A stretch of DNA of 64,000 nucleotides from Hyalangium minutum (GCF_000737315.1 NZ_JMCB01000023.1:165169-229168); one strand, 5' to 3'; shown: positions 1 through 9,725, counted from the first letter of the stretch. Notes: generated by a model from the letters alone, not told the origin. A program made the numbers and translations.

Positions 1-206
1 CCTGGTTCACACGCTCCGGAAGCGATTCCGGCGGAAAGATGTTCGGGGCAGGCGAAGGCTCGGGCCTGGAAGCGCTCCGGGGCGCACAGGCGTGGTCGCC
101 CATTCCATGGTCACGATGTGCCTGGGCCCGCCTACCGCTTCCCATGGCACCGGCGCTGAGGGTGGGTTCTGTATAGCCCCCTCCCGTATCGATGCCCGAG
201 GACTCG

Positions 207-2234
207 CTACTGGACTGTCACCACGACCAGTGCGGAGGTGGTGACGTTGCCCACCAAGTCGGTGGCCCGAGCCGTCAGCGTGTGCTGTCCCCTGGACACG
301 AGCAGGAGGCCCCAGGTCACGCTGTAGGGCGCCGTGGTGTCTGTCCCGATCAGCTTGCTGCCATCGTAGAACGCCACCTGCGCCACTCCGTTGGTGTCGC
401 TCGCGTTCGCCTGAATCGTTGTGCTCAGGGACACCTTGGCTCCATTCGCCGGCGAGGTGATGACCACGGTGGGGCTGGCGTTGTCCACGGTGATGCCGAT
501 GATCTCCGAATCCTGGTAGTTGCCAGCGATGTCAAAAGCCCTGGCAAACATACCGTGCTGGACGTTCGAGAACGCCAGGGTGTCCCAGGGCACGGAGTAC
601 GGCGCGGTGGTATCGGTCCCGATCAGCGCGGAGGCGTAATACCCGTACTCGTAGAACTCGACCCTCGTGACACCTCGGTCATCACTGGCGCTGGCCGTCA
701 ACTGGACGACGCCCCGAACCACCGAGGCACGGGCGGGAGCGGTGAGCGCCACTCCGGGCCGGTTCCTGTCCACGATCATCGAGAGCGGCGCAGAGGTACC
801 CACATGGCCCACGGCGTCGTAAGCCTTCGCGGTGAGCGTGTGCGTGCCGTCGGCCGCGGTCTGAGTACCCCACGCCACGGCGAAGGGCGCCGTAGTGTCC
901 GTCCCGATCAGCGTCTGGCCGTCATAGACCTCCACGCGCGTCACGTTGAAATCGTCCTCGGCCGCGACCTTCACTGTGAACGTGCCGGTGATCTGCTGAT
1001 TGGCCACAGGCGCCGTGATGACCGCCGTGGGAGCTGCGACGTCCACCGCCTCCCCTACTCCGAAGACCAGATCGTCCCGATCATCGATGGGGCCGTTGCT
1101 ACACGGCGTGGGGAACATCTCCCCGTAGTGATAGTTGGCGCGCACAGCCTGCACACGCCCCTCGGGGAGCACGTACTCCGACGAGAACACCTGAAGGTCT
1201 CGCATGTTCCAGTCCAGCCGGTGCGTGGCCAGGTGCGTCCACACGGGCGCAGAGGCATCGGTCGCGGAGAAGAGCTCCACGACGTAGCCGGGGAAGAGGT
1301 CCGCCTCGACGGCGACATCGACCCGGACTCGTCGGCCTGCCGCGAAGGGGAGCCCATCCGACCGCGACACCCGAAGCCAGTGGATCTGCTCGTCTCGATA
1401 GGAGTTATCCGTGCCATCCGCACAGCTACCTCCGATCGTGTTCGGCGCGTGGGGCTCGGGGCCATAGAACCCGCGGCCCTGCACCAGCGCCGCAGTGTCA
1501 CAGATCGAGGAGCCCTCTGGGCATGTCGGGACGCCCCTGCCCAGGTCGTACTCGGCCGAGCCCGGCTGGGCCACCGTGACGGTCACCGGCACACTCAAGG
1601 TGCGATTGCCCTGTTCATCCCTGGCCTCTGCGGTCAGCGTGTGGGTACCGTTCGGGACCGCGTGGGAGTCCCAGGTCAGAACGAACGGCGCCGAGTACAC
1701 CGCCTTGACGAAGGTGCCATCGGCGTAGAAGTACACCGAACTCACGCTGCGGTCGTCGCTGGCGGACGCCTCGACCGAGACCATGCCCGCCAGAGAGGCT
1801 CCCTGCGCCGGCGAGATGATGCTCACCGCCGGAGGCACGTAGTCATTGTCCACGATGATGGAGACCGGAGCCGAGGTCGTCACGTGCCCATCGCCGTCGT
1901 AAGCCTTCGCCGTGAGCACATGGGGGCCGTTCGGGAAGTCATCGGTGAACCAGAAAGTGCTGTAGGTGGCCGAGGTCACCGACGTCATGTAGTTCCCATC
2001 CAGGAAGAACTCGACCCGGCTCACCGAGACGTCGTCCTTGGCGTCTGCCGTGATCCAATCCAAGCCGTGGACCCTGGCGCCCTGCACCGGAGAGGTAATC
2101 GCGACCGTGGGCTCGCCCAGAGCGCCGCGAACCGTGCCGAAGACCGGAGCAAGGTCCTCCAGAGCGTTGTCATCCTGGGGCCCACAGGCCATCAACGCGA
2201 ACCCCGCGATCAAGCAGAACTGGAAAAATCGCAT
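207..2234 (-). CDS. Lipoprotein with multiple bacterial Ig-like (Big) repeats and a central Cys-containing myxobacterial module
   Basis: Signal peptide with lipobox-like LMAC. About five repeats of the type P(T/A)V(A/S)I(T/I)SP..GA..(V)SRVEF(Y/F).DG..IGTDTTAP(Y/F)...W......G.HTLTA.AYD..G. Central CPEGSSICD...GPEPHAPNTIGGSCADG segment. Confidence 0.8.
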   Translation of the reverse strand: MRFFQFCLIAGFALMACGPQDDNALEDLAPVFGTVRGALGEPTVAITSPVQGARVHGLDWITADAKDDVSVSRVEFFLDGNYMTSVTSATYSTFWFTDDFPNGPHVLTAKAYDGDGHVTTSAPVSIIVDNDYVPPAVSIISPAQGASLAGMVSVEASASDDRSVSSVYFYADGTFVKAVYSAPFVLTWDSHAVPNGTHTLTAEARDEQGNRTLSVPVTVTVAQPGSAEYDLGRGVPTCPEGSSICDTAALVQGRGFYGPEPHAPNTIGGSCADGTDNSYRDEQIHWLRVSRSDGLPFAAGRRVRVDVAVEADLFPGYVVELFSATDASAPVWTHLATHRLDWNMRDLQVFSSEYVLPEGRVQAVRANYHYGEMFPTPCSNGPIDDRDDLVFGVGEAVDVAAPTAVITAPVANQQITGTFTVKVAAEDDFNVTRVEVYDGQTLIGTDTTAPFAVAWGTQTAADGTHTLTAKAYDAVGHVGTSAPLSMIVDRNRPGVALTAPARASVVRGVVQLTASASDDRGVTRVEFYEYGYYASALIGTDTTAPYSVPWDTLAFSNVQHGMFARAFDIAGNYQDSEIIGITVDNASPTVVITSPANGAKVSLSTTIQANASDTNGVAQVAFYDGSKLIGTDTTAPYSVTWGLLLVSRGQHTLTARATDLVGNVTTSALVVVTVQ

Positions 2235-2295
2235 ATCTCTATTTGCCGGAGAGGCATGCGACTGGATCCGCCAAGTTCACGTGGGGGCCGACCCG

Positions 2296-3470
2296 CTAAT
2301 GGACCGTCACGACCACGGGTGCGGAGGTGGTGACGTTGCCGGCCGAGTCCGTAGCCCGAGCGGTCAGCGTGTGCTGGCCCTTGGACACGAACAGCGTGCT
2401 CCAGTTCAGGCTGTAGGGCGCGGAGGTGTCCGTGCCGATAACGGTGGCTCCATCGTAGAAGACCACCTGGGTCACGGCGTTGTTGTCGGCCGCCGTCGCC
2501 TGGATCGCCGTGCTCAGGAACACGGACGATCCGTTGGCCGGAGAAGTGATGGCCACCGTGGGGCCCAAGTTGTCCACCGAGACGTCCCGGTAGACCTCCC
2601 GGAAGTTCCCCGTGGCGTCGTAGGCGCGAATGTAGAGTTGGCGGTATCCATTGGGCCCCCGCTGTGGTGTCCCACGTCGCGGAGTACGGCTCGGTGGTGT
2701 CGCCGTTGAGCAGCGTCGCGCCGAGAGAACTCCACCCGCGTCACGCCCCGGTTGTCGCTGGCGGCCGCGTTCACCTGGACCGACCCCCGGACGAGGGAGC
2801 CCTGAACAGGGCTGTGGATCAGCAGTGTGGGCGGCGTGTAGTCGATGATCACCGGCACCGCCGCAGAGACCGTGGCGTGGCCCGCGGAGTCGTAGGCCTT
2901 CGTGGTCAGCGAGTGGGTGCCCTCCGACAGATCGTCGTGCTCGTCCAGGGTGCCGCTGGTGCAGGCCGCGATGTTGAGCGCGTCATGCCGCAGGGTGGCG
3001 CGCACCACCTGGAGACTCCCGGCCGGGAGAACGTCATCCGCCGAGAGGCCTGGAAGCCCAGCGCCGTCCCTCGGACGGTGGTCACGTACGTCCACGAGGG
3101 GGCGTTGGCATCGCTGGCGTAGAAGAGATCCACGGACTCGTTGGTGGTGCTGTTCACCTCCACCCCGACGTCAACCTGGACGCGGCGGCCCGTCGCGAAG
3201 GGAGCGCCGTCCGCCCAGGAGACCCGGCCCCAGTAGATCTGGTCGTCCTGCCACAACTGGCCGTACGGATCCGTGGTGTCCGTGCCGAGCAGCCGGGTGC
3301 CCGCGTAGAACTCTACCCGCGTCACTCCGCTCGGGTCCGAGGCCGTGGCCGACAGCGTCCCCCCACGAGCAGGGTTGCCCCCGCCGTGAGGCTGGTGATG
3401 ATCGACGGTAATCTGAGCTGGCTCGCCGGCGGTCAGGGCCGATCCGTTCAACCGCGCCACCATCCGTATT
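2296..3470 (-). pseudogene. Decayed paralog of the adjacent Ig-like repeat protein
   Basis: Homologous segments (TLSATASDPSGVTRVEFY, DDQIYWGRVSWADGAPFATGRRVQVDV, VLPAGSLQVVRA, GPTVAITSPANGSSV) are spread over different frames. Frame changes occur near 3360, 3047, 2720 and 2652. Segments present in the intact copy are missing. The 5' boundary is approximate. Confidence 0.8.
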
Positions 3471-3513
3471 TGTTGGGTATGCCTGAAATTGGATCGCCCG
3501 GGCTCTGGAAGGC

Positions 3514-4299
3514 TCAGCCTCGGAGTCCTTGGATGTAGGCCGCTGTTACCGGGTTCTGAGGGGCCTCGAAGATCCGCGCCGTGGGACCGGACTCGAGCAG
3601 GTAACCGCGCCCCTCGCGGGTCCAGAACACGGCGGTCTCGTCCGCGATGCGGCGGGCCTGCGCCAGGTTGTGGGTGACGATGACGATTGTACAGCGCCTC
3701 CGGAGCTGGACGACGTGATCCTCCACCACCCCGCTGGAGATGGGATCCAAGGCGCTGCAGGGCTCGTCGAGCAGCAGCACCCGCGGCCGGAGCACCAGCG
3801 CCCGGGCAATGCACAGCCGCTGTTGCTGGCCTCCCGAGAGCGCATGGGCTGAGCGGTTGAGCCGATCCTTCACCTCGTCCCAGAGGCCCACGTCCCGGAG
3901 AGCCTGCTCGATGCGCTGCTGGCGCTCGGTGCGATCTCCGACGCCGTGCTCGCGCAGCGGCAGCTCCAGGTTCCTCCAGATGGAGAGCGGGAACGGGTTG
4001 GGGCGCTGGCTGATCATCCCCACCTGCCGCCGCAGCGCCAGCAAGTCGATTCCGCGCGCCAGGACGCTCTCTCCGCCCACGGTGAGCTGACCGGAGACGA
4101 CACAGCCCTCGTAGAGATCGGTGAGCCGGTTGATGCAGCTCAGGAAGCTCGTCTTGCCGCAGCCCGAGGGCCCCACGAGCGCGGTAATGGCACCACCCGA
4201 GACTTCCAGCGACACGTCCTCGAAGGCCAGCGCCTTCCCGTAGCGGACGCTCACCTTGTCCGCGCGGATGGCTGGGCAGTCCGCGACCGAGGCGCTCAT
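3514..4299 (-). CDS. pstB: Phosphate ABC transporter ATP-binding protein (PstB family)
   Basis: Walker A GPSGCGKT, signature LSGGQQQRLCIARAL, LLDEPCSALDP, VTHN. ATG overlaps the pstA stop. Confidence 0.9.
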   Translation of the reverse strand: MSASVADCPAIRADKVSVRYGKALAFEDVSLEVSGGAITALVGPSGCGKTSFLSCINRLTDLYEGCVVSGQLTVGGESVLARGIDLLALRRQVGMISQRPNPFPLSIWRNLELPLREHGVGDRTERQQRIEQALRDVGLWDEVKDRLNRSAHALSGGQQQRLCIARALVLRPRVLLLDEPCSALDPISSGVVEDHVVQLRRRCTIVIVTHNLAQARRIADETAVFWTREGRGYLLESGPTARIFEAPQNPVTAAYIQGLRG

Positions 4300-5150
4300 G
4301 AAGCCACCACCCTCTTCATGGACCACCTCCGGCTGACCCACATGGCGCTCCGGTTCAGCACGATGAGCAGAACCATGAGCACCAGGGCCGAGGAGTAGGC
4401 CATCCCATCCCCGCCGGAGACGTTCATGGCCAGATCATAGATATGGACCGAGAGCGTCCGGCCCGACTCGAAGAGGGACTCGGGCATGCGAGCCACATAG
4501 CCGCTGGTGAAAATGAGCGCCGCGGTCTCCGCCAGCGAGCGGGTCACGGCGAGGATGAATCCCGCCACCAGCCCCGGCATCGCCGAGGGAATCAGCACGT
4601 GGGCAATCGTCCCGGTCCGTGACAGCCCCAGGGCCGCGGCGGCGGTGCGGTAGTCCTGGGGCACGGCGCGCAGCCCCTCCTCCGCCGTCCGGGTGAAGTA
4701 CGGCAGCACCATGCACGCCAGTGTGAGCCCGCCCGACAGCAGCGAGAACCCCAGCCCGAGCCGCTGGCAGAACAGCGCATTGCCAAAGAGGCCGAACACC
4801 ACGGAGGGGACACCCGCCAGTACGTCGAGGCTTCTCCGCACGAAGCGCCCCTGACCACTCGAAGCTGGCAGGAACTCCGCCAGCAGAAGCGCCGTCCCCA
4901 ACCCCAGAGGCACCGTCACGGTCATGCAGATCGCGACGATGATCAGCGTGGAGACGATGACGGGGGCAATGCCCCCTTCCCTTCCCGCGTCCTCTGGGTT
5001 GGCCGTGAGGAAGTCCAGGGACAGGTGAGCGAAGCCGTGCTGGAGCACATCCCCCACCAGCCACGCGAAGAGCGTCGCGACGAGCAGGGCCGCAGCCCAG
5101 AAGCCCACCATGGCCAGCCGATCCGCTCCACGAGGGACACGCTCACGCAT
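4296..5150 (-). CDS. pstA: Phosphate ABC transporter permease PstA
   Basis: GREGGIAPVIVSTL, LAGVPSVVFGLFG, EAA-loop RTAEEGLRAVP, LAETAALIFT; multiple TM helices. Confidence 0.88.
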   Translation of the reverse strand: MRERVPRGADRLAMVGFWAAALLVATLFAWLVGDVLQHGFAHLSLDFLTANPEDAGREGGIAPVIVSTLIIVAICMTVTVPLGLGTALLLAEFLPASSGQGRFVRRSLDVLAGVPSVVFGLFGNALFCQRLGLGFSLLSGGLTLACMVLPYFTRTAEEGLRAVPQDYRTAAAALGLSRTGTIAHVLIPSAMPGLVAGFILAVTRSLAETAALIFTSGYVARMPESLFESGRTLSVHIYDLAMNVSGGDGMAYSSALVLMVLLIVLNRSAMWVSRRWSMKRVVAS

Positions 5151-6021
5151 CGGCCCGCTCCCGGCCCACGAGCTCCGCGCAGGCGACGATCACGAAGATC
5201 ATCAAGAACAGCATCAAGCCGCTCGTGAAGAGCGCAGCCCGGTGGTTGCCCATGGCGTAGGCCATCTCGAGCGCGATGTTGGCCGTGAGGGTCCGCACCG
5301 GATCGGTCAGCCGGGCAGGCACCTGAACGACGTTGCCACAGACCATGAGGACAGCCATGGTCTCGCCCACGGCGCGTCCGGTCTGCAGCAGCGCTCCGGT
5401 GACGAGCCCACGCCGGGCCGCGGGGAGAGCCACCTCCCGCACCGTGGTCCACCGCGAGAGCCCGAGCGCCGCCGCTCCCTGGAGGTACTCGCGCGGCACC
5501 CGGGCCAGGGCGGCGTCCGCCACCACCACCATGGTGGGGAGGATCATCAGCGCCAGAACCAGAATCCCCGCTAGCACGCTCGCCCCGAGTGGCCGGATGC
5601 GCCCGATCAGCGGGACGACGACCATGAGCCCCCAGAGCCCGTACACGACCGAGGGGATCCCCGCCAGCAGCTCGATGATGACGCGGTAGCCGCGCGCCAC
5701 CAGCGGAGGCGCATAGAAGTGACAGAAGACGGCCGAGGCGATGCCCAGCGGCGCGGAGATCAGCACCGCGCCCACGGAGACCAGCACCGTCCCCGCAAAC
5801 ATGGGCGCCAGGTTGTACGCGCCCTCCAGCGGGTTCCACGAGCGATCCGTGAAGAGCCGCAGCGGAGAGACGGTGCTCAGCAGCGGGAACGACTCCCGCG
5901 CGATGAACAAGGCAATGAGCAGCACGATGGCCGTGGAGATGACGGCCATGCCCCGCAGCCCCCACAGGAGCAGTGCGTCACTCCCCCATCGGGATGAAGT
6001 ACTGCTTCTCCACGAGATCAT
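5143..6021 (-). CDS. pstC: Phosphate ABC transporter permease PstC
   Basis: IELLAGIPSVVYGLWG, LMILPT, RAVGETMAV.MV.GN. Start codon uncertain (overlaps the pstS 3' end). Confidence 0.88.
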   Translation of the reverse strand: MISWRSSTSSRWGSDALLLWGLRGMAVISTAIVLLIALFIARESFPLLSTVSPLRLFTDRSWNPLEGAYNLAPMFAGTVLVSVGAVLISAPLGIASAVFCHFYAPPLVARGYRVIIELLAGIPSVVYGLWGLMVVVPLIGRIRPLGASVLAGILVLALMILPTMVVVADAALARVPREYLQGAAALGLSRWTTVREVALPAARRGLVTGALLQTGRAVGETMAVLMVCGNVVQVPARLTDPVRTLTANIALEMAYAMGNHRAALFTSGLMLFLMIFVIVACAELVGRERADA

Positions 6022-6802
6022 GGGTCTCAGGCGACTGCGCGAAGGTGATGAACTTGCGGGCCAGCTCGTTCTGCTGGCCCTTCTTCGTCACGAGGTGAAG
6101 CGTCCGGGCCAGGGGGAACGTACCGTTATGCAGGTTCTCCAGGCTGGCGGCGACGCCCGCCATCGGCAACAGCTTGAGCGCCTCGCCGTGCTTCGCGGCG
6201 AACTCGGCGGCCCCAATCGACACGTAGCCGATGGACTCGGGAGAGGTCTCGACCGTCTTGATGCCCTGTTGGTTGTCGCCGATGACGACCTGCGCCTTGA
6301 TATCGGAGTTCTTCAGCTTGAAGTGGTACAGGAACAAGTCCAGCGTGGAGCGACCCTCCGCCTTGTTGACGACCACGATGGGCTTGTCCTCTCCACCCAC
6401 ATCCTTCCAGTTCGTGATCTTCCCCGTGAAGATGGACACGAGCTGCTCATCGGTCAGCGAGGCAACCGGGTTGGTTTGGTGGACGATGATGCAGATCCCA
6501 TCCCGGGCCACGGGGTGCGCGTCCAGATCCGTCTCGTCAGGCTTCAGGTCTCGCGAGACCATCCCGATATCGACGAGGCCCTGACGGGCATCCATGACGC
6601 CTCGCGAGGAGCCCCCCATCTGCACATCTACCCGGGTGCCAGGGTTCTTCTTCTCGAAGCGCTTGGCCACTTCAGAGACCAGGGGCGCGAGGGTGCTCGC
6701 GCCACTCAGCGTCAGCTTCGAAGCGGCCTGCTCGGACTTCTCGGACTTGCAGCCGGTAGCCAGCACCAGGGTGACAGCAGCCGCGATCCACGCTCGGGTC
6801 AT
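5978..6802 (-). CDS. pstS: Phosphate ABC transporter substrate-binding lipoprotein (PstS-like, divergent)
   Basis: Lipobox LATGC; GASTLAP, GGSSRG, DIGMVSR, ARDGI, IGYVS, FPLAR.L motifs; first gene of the pst cluster. Confidence 0.82.
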   Translation of the reverse strand: MTRAWIAAAVTLVLATGCKSEKSEQAASKLTLSGASTLAPLVSEVAKRFEKKNPGTRVDVQMGGSSRGVMDARQGLVDIGMVSRDLKPDETDLDAHPVARDGICIIVHQTNPVASLTDEQLVSIFTGKITNWKDVGGEDKPIVVVNKAEGRSTLDLFLYHFKLKNSDIKAQVVIGDNQQGIKTVETSPESIGYVSIGAAEFAAKHGEALKLLPMAGVAASLENLHNGTFPLARTLHLVTKKGQQNELARKFITFAQSPETHDLVEKQYFIPMGE

Positions 6803-6931
6803 GCGGTGCCTCTTTAGCACCTCCGCGTTTGGACTTCCCAATCGCGGGGTACCTCCCATCAGCCCTCTGGCCGAAAACGACTCCCCGGGCGCGTCCAGCG
6901 AAGCCACCCGGGGTCCATCTTTGCCTCCTTC

Positions 6932-8542
6932 TCAGGAGGCCAGCGCCTGCGGGGGCGGCGCGTGGGCGTCCTCCGCGGGCACGTGGGCCTCCGCGTCCTT
7001 CGCCTTGGCCATGCGCTCGTCCAGTTCTGTGGTGAGGTGCTCAAAAACCTCCTTATTGAGCGTGCCCTGCTGGTAGGCACTAAAGAGGGCGTCCTTCTCC
7101 ACGATGAGAACGCGGCGGATGGCCTCCTGCTGCTCCTCCTCGTGGAAGCGGTTGGACTGCTGCTTGAGCGTGGTCAGCTCCTGCTCCACCGCCTGGGCCT
7201 TCTGCTGGTAGTCGCGCTCCATGGGCTCCAGCACATCCACGGGAATCTCACGCCTGCGGCGCATGGCCTCCAGCGCCGCCAGCGCCGCGTGGATGGCACC
7301 CAGCCGGCCCCGGGCCAGCTCATACTGCTCCTGGTACACGTCCTTGAGACCGGTGATGCCCAGCTTCTTGAGCACCGGCGCCATGGTGAGGCCCTGGAAG
7401 ATGATGGACAGCACCACCACGCCGAACGTCATGTTCACCAGCAGCTCGCGGTGGGCGAAGTCGTCCGGAAGGCCCAGCACCAGCACCATGGACACCGCGC
7501 CGCGCAGGCCGCTCCAGGTGAGCACCGCGCTCCACCTCCACGGCATGCGCTCCGACGTGAGCCGCAGCAAGCCCGACACGCCGTAGACGACCACCGCGCG
7601 GCCCAGCACCACCGCCGCGTACGCCAGCAAGATGGGCAGCCACGATGCGAGCAGCGACGAGAGCTGCACCTCCAGGCCGATGAGCAGGAACACCACCGAG
7701 TTGAGCGCGAACGCCAGATACTCCCAGAAGCTCTCCACCGCGATGCGCGTCGTGGGCCCCATGCCCTGCTGCGCCGCCCAGTTGCCGCACAGCATGCCGG
7801 CCACCACCGTCGCGATGACGCCCGAGTAGTGGAAGTGCTCCGCCACCACGAAGGACCCGTATGCGGCGATGACCGTGCAGGTGATCTCCACCATGGCGTC
7901 CTCCACACGCAGGATGACCTTCCCCACCGCGAAGCCCACCGCCACGCCGATGAAGGCGCCCATGCCGGCGACCTTGATGAAGTCCAGCACCGCGCTGCCC
8001 ACCGTGAACTCCTTGCCGCCGACCACGCCCACCACCAGCGTGAACAGCACCACGGAGGTGCCGTCATTGAGCAGGCTCTCCCCCTCCACCAGGATGGCCA
8101 GCCGCTTGGGCGCCCCCAGGGCCTTGAACAGGCCCACCACCGCGATGGGGTCCGTGGACACGATGAGCGATGCGAACACCATCGCGTGGATAAGGCCAAA
8201 GCCCTCCAGCGCGTTCATCCCCCGCATCACCGGGGAGAGCAGCAGCGCCGTGAGCCCCATGGACGCCACCACACCCGGAATCGCCAGCGAGGTGATGGCC
8301 AGCTTGTTCTTCCAGAACTTGCGGAAGTCGACATGGAAGGCCGCCTCGAACAGCAGGCCCGGCAGGATGACCGCGAACAGCAGCTCCTTCGTCAGGTGTG
8401 GCGGCTCGAAGGCTTGCACGATGCCCAGGCCCAGGCCCGCCAACACCAACGCCACTGTGTACGGAAACTTGAAGTAGCGCGCCGCGATCGCCACCGCCGT
8501 CGCGATGGAGAAGAGCAGCACGAAGGCCAACTCGAAATGCAT
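6932..8542 (-). CDS. CPA1/NhaP-type Na+/H+ antiporter
   Basis: About 12 TM segments; LPGLLFEAA, STDPIAV, EGESLLNDG, WSGLRGAVS motifs; soluble C-terminal helical tail. Confidence 0.92.
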   Translation of the reverse strand: MHFELAFVLLFSIATAVAIAARYFKFPYTVALVLAGLGLGIVQAFEPPHLTKELLFAVILPGLLFEAAFHVDFRKFWKNKLAITSLAIPGVVASMGLTALLLSPVMRGMNALEGFGLIHAMVFASLIVSTDPIAVVGLFKALGAPKRLAILVEGESLLNDGTSVVLFTLVVGVVGGKEFTVGSAVLDFIKVAGMGAFIGVAVGFAVGKVILRVEDAMVEITCTVIAAYGSFVVAEHFHYSGVIATVVAGMLCGNWAAQQGMGPTTRIAVESFWEYLAFALNSVVFLLIGLEVQLSSLLASWLPILLAYAAVVLGRAVVVYGVSGLLRLTSERMPWRWSAVLTWSGLRGAVSMVLVLGLPDDFAHRELLVNMTFGVVVLSIIFQGLTMAPVLKKLGITGLKDVYQEQYELARGRLGAIHAALAALEAMRRRREIPVDVLEPMERDYQQKAQAVEQELTTLKQQSNRFHEEEQQEAIRRVLIVEKDALFSAYQQGTLNKEVFEHLTTELDERMAKAKDAEAHVPAEDAHAPPPQALAS

Positions 8543-8620
8543 GGTGCCCCAATCTGGTTTGAACTCAAAGAGCACCAGAATGCCATGCGCGACGGGCGGT
8601 GGGGCAACCCCCTCCGGATG

Positions 8621-8662
8621 AAAAAAAGGGACGGGCCCCGCTGTCTAGAGGGCCCAGCCTTC
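8621..8662 (-). terminator. Putative intrinsic terminator after arsC
   Basis: GGGCCC/GGGCCC stem spanning the arsC stop, followed on the minus strand by CCC and a run of 7 T. Confidence 0.5.
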
Positions 8663-9052
8663 GCGCTCCAAGAGCTTCGCGACACGGGTCCGCACGTCAT
8701 CGCGGATGCGGCGCACTTGCTCGACAGGCTTTCCCTTGGGGTCCTCCAGCGGCCAGTCGTCGCGCTTCAGGCCCGGCACAGAGGGACACGCGTCCCCACA
8801 GCCCAGGGTGATCAACCACTGAGCCCCCTGCGCCAGCTCGTCCGTGAGCTTCTGGGGCTTCGTGCCCGACAGATCGATCCCCAGCTCGCCCATCGCCGCC
8901 TGGACTTCAGGGTGGACGCGCTCACCGGGCTGCGTTCCCGCGGAGACGGCCCTCGCCTTCTGGGAATCGGCCAGCGCGTTGAAGAACGACGCCGCCATCT
9001 GCGAGCGCCCCGCGTTGTGCACGCACGCGAAGATGACCGTCTTCACCGTCAC
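8645..9052 (-). CDS. arsC: Arsenate reductase ArsC (LMW-PTP fold, thioredoxin-coupled type)
   Basis: P-loop CVHNAGRSQMA, resolving Cys pair in GCGDAC, DWPLEDP, RIRD. Confidence 0.85.
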   Translation of the reverse strand: MTVKTVIFACVHNAGRSQMAASFFNALADSQKARAVSAGTQPGERVHPEVQAAMGELGIDLSGTKPQKLTDELAQGAQWLITLGCGDACPSVPGLKRDDWPLEDPKGKPVEQVRRIRDDVRTRVAKLLEREGWAL

Positions 9053-9429
9053 GGAGTGCCCGGAGGCTTCGTGTCCGCCGGCTTCGCCTCACCGGGCTTC
9101 GCTTCCTTCTTCGCGAACTTCATCAGCAGCCGCTCCACCGGGCGCCCGCCGATGAGGTGCTCCTCGACGATGACGGGCACGTCCTCCAGCTTCACGCCGC
9201 CGTACCACACCCCCTCGGGGTACACGACGACCGACGGCCCGAACGCACAGGTGTCCAGACACCCTGCCGCGTTCGCCCGCATCGTCCCCTTGATGCCGCG
9301 CTTGTCCAGCTCGGTCTTGAAGGCCGCCCGGATCTCCTCGCTGCCCTTGGTGGCGCAGTCCCCCTTGGGGTGACCGTCCGGGCGACGGTTCGTACACACG
9401 AAGATGTGGCGCTGGAAGGGAGGTGCCAT
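9049..9429 (-). CDS. Thioredoxin-like [2Fe-2S] ferredoxin
   Basis: HIFVCTN..CA..G..RANAAGCLDTCAFGPSVVVYPEGVWY: the four-Cys pattern of Trx-like ferredoxins. Confidence 0.9.
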   Translation of the reverse strand: MAPPFQRHIFVCTNRRPDGHPKGDCATKGSEEIRAAFKTELDKRGIKGTMRANAAGCLDTCAFGPSVVVYPEGVWYGGVKLEDVPVIVEEHLIGGRPVERLLMKFAKKEAKPGEAKPADTKPPGTP

Positions 9430-9725
9430 GACGTCCTCCTCCTAACGTAGGCCTTGCCCGAAAGCGACCACCGCGCGCGCAAGCCCCCTCCCCATTCGCA
9501 GCCGGGGGACTAGGCAACCCATCGGGTCGTGACCAGACTCCCAGCAAATATCACTGGGTGATCAGTCTGATATCCATAGTGTGACCATACATGACGTGTC
9601 ATATAAGGACTTCCCATGCGACGCACCTTGACGTTTTTTGTCAGTCGGGGCTACAAACGCGCCCCCTGCTCGCCCCGGCCGGTCCCTGGCCAGCCGAGCG
9701 TCGCAGGCGGATAACCAGGTAACGC

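Noticed and set aside
1-110. Possible 5' end of a minus-strand gene at the window start
   Set aside because: Only about 34 codons are visible, with no recognisable motif.
192-2333. 713-aa plus-strand ORF
   Set aside because: Antisense shadow of the Ig-repeat lipoprotein; Arg/His/Gly-rich with no motifs, typical of high-GC genomes.
6962-9373. 803-aa plus-strand ORF
   Set aside because: Antisense to the antiporter, arsC and ferredoxin, which all have clear family motifs.
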